From assembly GCA_027592785.1 (NCBI GenBank), contig JAQCLD010000008.1, forward strand, positions 3,955 through 67,954: a DNA stretch of 64,000 nucleotides, given 5' to 3'. Numbering within the stretch: position 1 is the first letter of the stretch; each line of letters opens with the position of its first letter. Origin of the DNA: Acidobacteriota bacterium. Its GTDB lineage: Bacteria; Acidobacteriota; Terriglobia; Bryobacterales; UBA6623. A model generated the notes under the pieces. That model worked only from the letters and a program-made list of their open reading frames with translations. It was not told where the DNA came from and did not search any database. Below are positions 59,820-64,000 of the stretch, piece after piece. The position numbers and the translations under genes were made by a program.

Positions 59820-59936
59820 ATGGGCCGTCGCATCACCAGCCGTAAACTCCTAGGCATAGCCGCGATCGTGTTTTTCCTGATCGTGCTCTTGTCTTGGTTG
59901 GGCAGCCGCATCAGCGCCCTGTTCAGCCTCGTCTAA
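59820..59936 (+). CDS. 38-aa single-TM peptide
   Basis: MGRRITSRKLLGIAAIVFFLIVLLSWLGSRISALFSLV; fills the intergenic gap. Confidence 0.5.
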   Translation: MGRRITSRKLLGIAAIVFFLIVLLSWLGSRISALFSLV

Positions 59937-60472
59937 TTCATCCGCTCGCCCGTCACCGCATCGAACGCCAGCGTCCGTCCATCTGTCGTATGCACCTCAA
60001 ACACATACTCATTGCTGCGCAACCAGCGGAACCCCAACACTTCTTCAATCACCGTGTAGTGCGAAACCGACGCACTGACGTTCTCGGGCTTCCCGGCGAT
60101 CTCCAGCGTCGAATACTCCCGCACGGTCTTGCCGTCGTAGTGAAAAGCGATGGCCAGCACATCGTCGCCAGCCTCGTGCCCACGCGCCCAAGGCCCCCTG
60201 CTGACAACCGCAACTCCTGTTGGACGCGTTGAGTCCGACGCATTGCAGACCAGATAAATCTGCTGACTAAACCAGTCGTACTCGTCGACCAACTCGTCGT
60301 CGCCTTCGGTCACCCGATAGATCCGCGTCTTGCCGGCGTTGCCATAGCCTTCCGCCGGAACCGATTTCGCGTAACACGCGCCGTACTCGCTAACCGCTAC
60401 GATGGGCCGGTTACCCGCCTCCTGATCCGCCAACAACGGCAGGCAAACCGCCAGCGCCAACAACAACCTCAT
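59933..60472 (-). CDS. Secreted hypothetical protein
   Basis: Signal peptide MRLLLALAVCLPLLA; TAGAAT 7 nt upstream. Confidence 0.75.
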   Translation of the reverse strand: MRLLLALAVCLPLLADQEAGNRPIVAVSEYGACYAKSVPAEGYGNAGKTRIYRVTEGDDELVDEYDWFSQQIYLVCNASDSTRPTGVAVVSRGPWARGHEAGDDVLAIAFHYDGKTVREYSTLEIAGKPENVSASVSHYTVIEEVLGFRWLRSNEYVFEVHTTDGRTLAFDAVTGERMN

Positions 60473-60514
60473 ACCCCGAATTCTAACCCCAGTTTCTCGA
60501 CCGCGCTGTCTCTA

Positions 60515-60986
60515 GCGGTCTCCCGCGTCAGCGTCCCCCTCCTTCCGAACCCCAAACGCCAGTGAAGGGCCTCTTCCGCGCTACAATCCCCCCAGTCGTG
60601 GTCATCGACGCTGGCATCAGCCACTACAAGATCGTCGCCCTCAAATTCCAAAGCCGTTGCCCTCGCCAAACCATCACCCCCATCTCCTGCCCGCCAAACC
60701 GCCAATCCGACCGTCCGGCACAACAGCCCAGCGACCCGAGCCCAGGCGCGTGAGCGGCGGGCCCCCAGCGCCGAAACCTCCACGCCCGCCGCCCCCTTCT
60801 TCTTCGTCGCGTCTTCAGCCCCTTTCACGCCAGGCCCCCTCCATCGGCTCGGACAATCCGAGCCGCCAAGCTTTAGCTGGCGGTCTCCCGCGTCAGCGTC
60901 CTCCTCAGCCCCGCACCGTCTTCCAACTCCCCACAACCCCGCGCCCGCCAGGGCGCCAACAACAACATCCCTCTCCCGCGTTAGCG
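60515..60986. repeat. Intergenic repeat mosaic, including an exact 22-bp repeat at 60515-60536 and 60880-60901 and a degenerate copy at 60972-60986
   Basis: GCGGTCTCCCGCGTCAGCGTCC twice; GAGC-headed palindromes at about 60738 and 60860. Confidence 0.7.
60578..60656 (+). pseudogene. Degenerate duplicate of the kinase gene 5' end
   Basis: CGCTACAATCCCCC..GTG..CATCAGCCACTACAAGATCGTCGCC/CTCAAATTCC matches 61018-61162 with a 69-bp deletion. Confidence 0.75.
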
Positions 60987-61035
60987 CCCTCTTTCCCTCC
61001 TCACGTTCTACCCAACACGCTACAATCCCCCCAGC

Positions 61036-63786
61036 GTGATCATCGGCTCCACCATCAGCCACTACAAGATCGTCGCCAAGCTCGGCGAAGGCGGCATGGG
61101 CGTCGTTTACAAAGCCGAGGACACCAAACTCGAACGCACCGTCGCCCTCAAATTCCTAGCCGACCACTTACTCAGCGACGCCGAAGCAAAAGAGCGTTTC
61201 CTGCGTGAAGCCAAAGCCGCCGCCGCGCTCCATCATCCGAACGTCTGCCCCGTCCACGAGATCGACGAAGTCGACGGCAAGACCTTCCTGGCGATGGCCT
61301 TCCTCGAAGGCGAACCGCTCGAAGACCGGATCTCCCAAGGCCCGCTCGCAATCAAAGACGTCCTCGACATCGCCCGCCAAGTCGCCGACGGGCTCGACGC
61401 CGCCCACGAGAAAGGCATCGTCCACCGCGACATCAAGCCAGCCAACATCATGGTCGACGCCAAAGGCCACGCCACGATCATGGACTTCGGCCTGGCCCGC
61501 CTCACCGAAGCCTCACGACTAACAAAAGTCGACACGGCCATGGGTACCGTGGCCTACATGTCGCCCGAGCAGGCCCAAGGTATGGAGGTAGATTCGCGGA
61601 CTGACATCTGGGCGCTCGGCTGCGTGCTCTACGAGATGGTCTCCGGCCAACGTCCCTTCCTCGGCCAATACGACCAAGCGCTGCTCTACGAAATCGTCCA
61701 CTAAGAAGCCGCTCCATTGACGTCTGTTCGCGCTGGCGTACCGATGGAACTCGAATTCATCGTCGGCGAATGCTTGGCGAAGGATCGCGATGATCGCACC
61801 AGCGCCGCCCAAGACCTGGCCCGCAAACTGCGCACGCTCGCCGAGAAACTCAAGTCCGGCCGGTCGACGATACTCCGCACATCGCAAATGACCGGCGCCG
61901 TCCCCGCCACGATGACAGGCGCGCACACGCTGAACCCCGCTGCAACGCTGCCGCCCGACGCGTTCATCGTGAAACGCCGCAGCCAACGTGCGCTGCAAGC
62001 GGTGGCTACAGTAGCCACTCTATTGTTGCTGGCCCTCGCCTTCGTCCACTTCACCCAGGCGTCGCCCGAGGCGCCGGCTGGCCCGGTCGGCCGCTTCTCG
62101 TTCGTGCCTGAGGGCATCGCCCAGGTGTCTGATGGCCTCGGCGGCCCACGTCCCCACATCTCGTCTGACGGAAAATATATTCTCTACGTCGACGAAATCG
62201 GCGACGACAAAAGCCTGTGGGTGCGCGCGCTGGCGAGCGAGTTTCCTCGTCGGCTCGAACGCACCGAAGGGGCGATACGAGCATTCTGGTCTCCCGACAG
62301 CCAATCGATCGGCTTCGCGACGGACCGCGAACTCAAGAGGAGGTCGCTCGAAGGGGGCATCCCGATTACGCTCTGTGAGTTGCCGAGCCCCGAAGCATAC
62401 CCCTTCGGCGGTGGAACGTGGAGCCCCGACGGCGAGACGATTGTATTCTCCTCCGGTCTGCAACTCTATCGAATTCCCGCCCGGGGCGGCGACCCGGAGT
62501 TGCTGATGCAGGAGGGGAGTGGGGGGGGTGTGGATCCGATCTTCTTGCCGTCCGCAACGCCGGCTCTCGTATTCACCAAGGTAACCACCCCCACCGACAT
62601 CAGCTTGAACGTTTTCAACTTAGCAACCGGTGAAGTGAAGGAATTGCGCCAGGGCGACGACCCCGGCTATTCGGGAGGCTACTTAATTCACGGCGCAGGC
62701 GACGATAGCCAGGCCGGCATCTGGGCGATGCCGTTTTCACTCGAAACGCTCGATGCAACCGGCGAATCGTTCCCCATCGACACGGGCGGCCGACGGCCCA
62801 CAGTGTCCCGCAGCGGCATATTGACCTACGAGGACTACACGCCCCAGGGAGAGGGCCTGCTCACACTCGTCTGGCGCAATCGCAGCGGCGAGGTGCTGGA
62901 GACGATAGGCCAGCCGCAGCCGGGCGTCATGGGGCACGCCGCGCTCTCGCCCGACGGCACGCGGGTCGCCGTGCGCGCCACGGAGAGCGGCGACGCCGAC
63001 ATCTGGGTTCACGACGTGACCCGCTCCACCAAGACGCGGCTGACCTTCGCTTCCGGGGACGAGGCGGCGCCGGTCTGGTCTTCCTCTGGGCAGGAAATCG
63101 TGTATGGCGTCGGCAGCGCTAGAATTGAGCGCAAGGCAGCCGACGGTACGGGCGACCCAACAGTCCTCACTGAGAGCGGCGCGAATCCCGACCTATCCCG
63201 CGACGGCCGCTACTTAGTCTATCAAGACTACCGCGGAGGGGCAACCGGGTACGACATCTTCTACGTGGAACTATCACCGGACGGCGGCGTCGGAGAGCCG
63301 CTAGCGTTTCTGAGCGAGCCGGGCGGGCAAGTCGTCCCCAAGCTGTCCCCGGACGGCCGCTTCCTGGCCTACGTTTCTAACGAATCGGGTCGCCTCGAGA
63401 TCTATGTGCGCCCGTTCCCGGACGGAGCTGGCAAGTGGCAAGCATCGATCGAGGGCGGCGCCCGGCCGCGCTGGCGCGGCGACGGCAAGGAGTTGTTCTT
63501 CGTCGACGGCGCGACCCTGCTGGCTGTGTCGGTCTCGACCGATCCGGCCTTCGCGCTGGGGCGGCCGCAGCGCCTGTTCGATTCGCCCGATCTCGGCCGA
63601 TTGGGCGCCTTCAACATGCCCTTCCACGACGTCTCCGCCGACGGCCAGCGATTCGTCACAATCGCATCGCTTGACGAGATCCAGCCCGACGCCTCCGAGC
63701 AAAGCGAGCCCGAGCCGCCCAGGATCCGCGTCGTCCAAAACTGGTCCGAAGAGTTCCGCGATCGCCAAGGGGCCACTCAGCCCTGA
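61036..63786 (+). pseudogene. Hanks-type Ser/Thr kinase + TM + TolB-like (PD40) propeller, interrupted by one in-frame TAA at 61702-61704
   Basis: LGEGGMGVVY, VALK, HRDIKPAN, DFGLA, YMSPEQ, DIWALG; frame continues EIVH*EAAPLTSVRAGVP; WSPDG repeats. Confidence 0.88.
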
Positions 63787-63883
63787 CTGTCCAAGACTAC
63801 CATCGTCTACCGCCTCCGCAAACCGAGCCCGGGGCGGCAGTCCCGGATCCCAGCGCTGGAACCCCCAACTCTGCCGATCCTCA

Positions 63884-63994
63884 CCCGCGTTTTCAGGCCC
63901 GTTCACGGGCCTCATGGTTAGGCCAGGCATTTATGCCTGGTTACGCCAATGCCCCCTCCCCTCTTCCTCCTCAGCCCGCTTCAGCGGGCTTACC
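63884..63994. repeat. Three-hairpin dispersed repeat (inverted copy of 17890-17999)
   Basis: AGGCCCGTTCACGGGCCT, CCAGGCATTTATGCCTGG and AGCCCGCTTCAGCGGGCT hairpins. Confidence 0.85.
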
Positions 63995-64000
63995 ATCCGA

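Noticed and set aside
60469-61208. ORFs 60469..61062 (minus) and 60657..61208 (plus)
   Set aside because: They are translations of C-rich repeat DNA upstream of the kinase.
3454-61704. Genetic-code reassignment (pyrrolysine, selenocysteine or recoded stop) explaining the in-frame stops
   Set aside because: Three different stop codons are involved, and all three terminate conserved genes normally in this window (gatA TAG, queA TAG, thrS TAA, cbiX TGA). No SECIS-like or pyl context was recognised.

Overview
GC-rich bacterial chromosomal window. Gene content suggests Acidobacteriota (Bryobacterales-like); this is an inference from the DUF1501/PSD1 genes, the kinase-TolB propeller protein, the extended Pal and the cox operon with two subunit III genes. 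Most of it is housekeeping and envelope genes: ugd, dciA-gatC-gatA, thrS, FGE, PPIase, lpxA, an M16 peptidase pair, queA, an A1-type cytochrome c oxidase operon, modA with an FdhF/YdeP oxidoreductase, ggt, tol-pal, recN, peptidases and transporters. No rRNA, tRNA or CRISPR array was recognised. The most interesting part is the 1.7-kb gap between gatA and cbiX-thrS. It holds a frameshifted REP-associated tyrosine transposase bracketed by REPs, a gene relic, and a ~200-nt structured non-coding module with a promoter-like start and a terminator. That module resembles an IS110-type left-end (bridge-RNA-like) RNA but has no recombinase. Other notable items: three otherwise intact genes each broken by a single in-frame stop (TAG, TGA, TAA), a TonB-family protein with five copies of an unfamiliar QQLARLRYQ repeat, several dispersed palindromic repeat families (one with compensatory stem changes), and many apparently leaderless genes. 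All family assignments come from motif recognition, not database searches.
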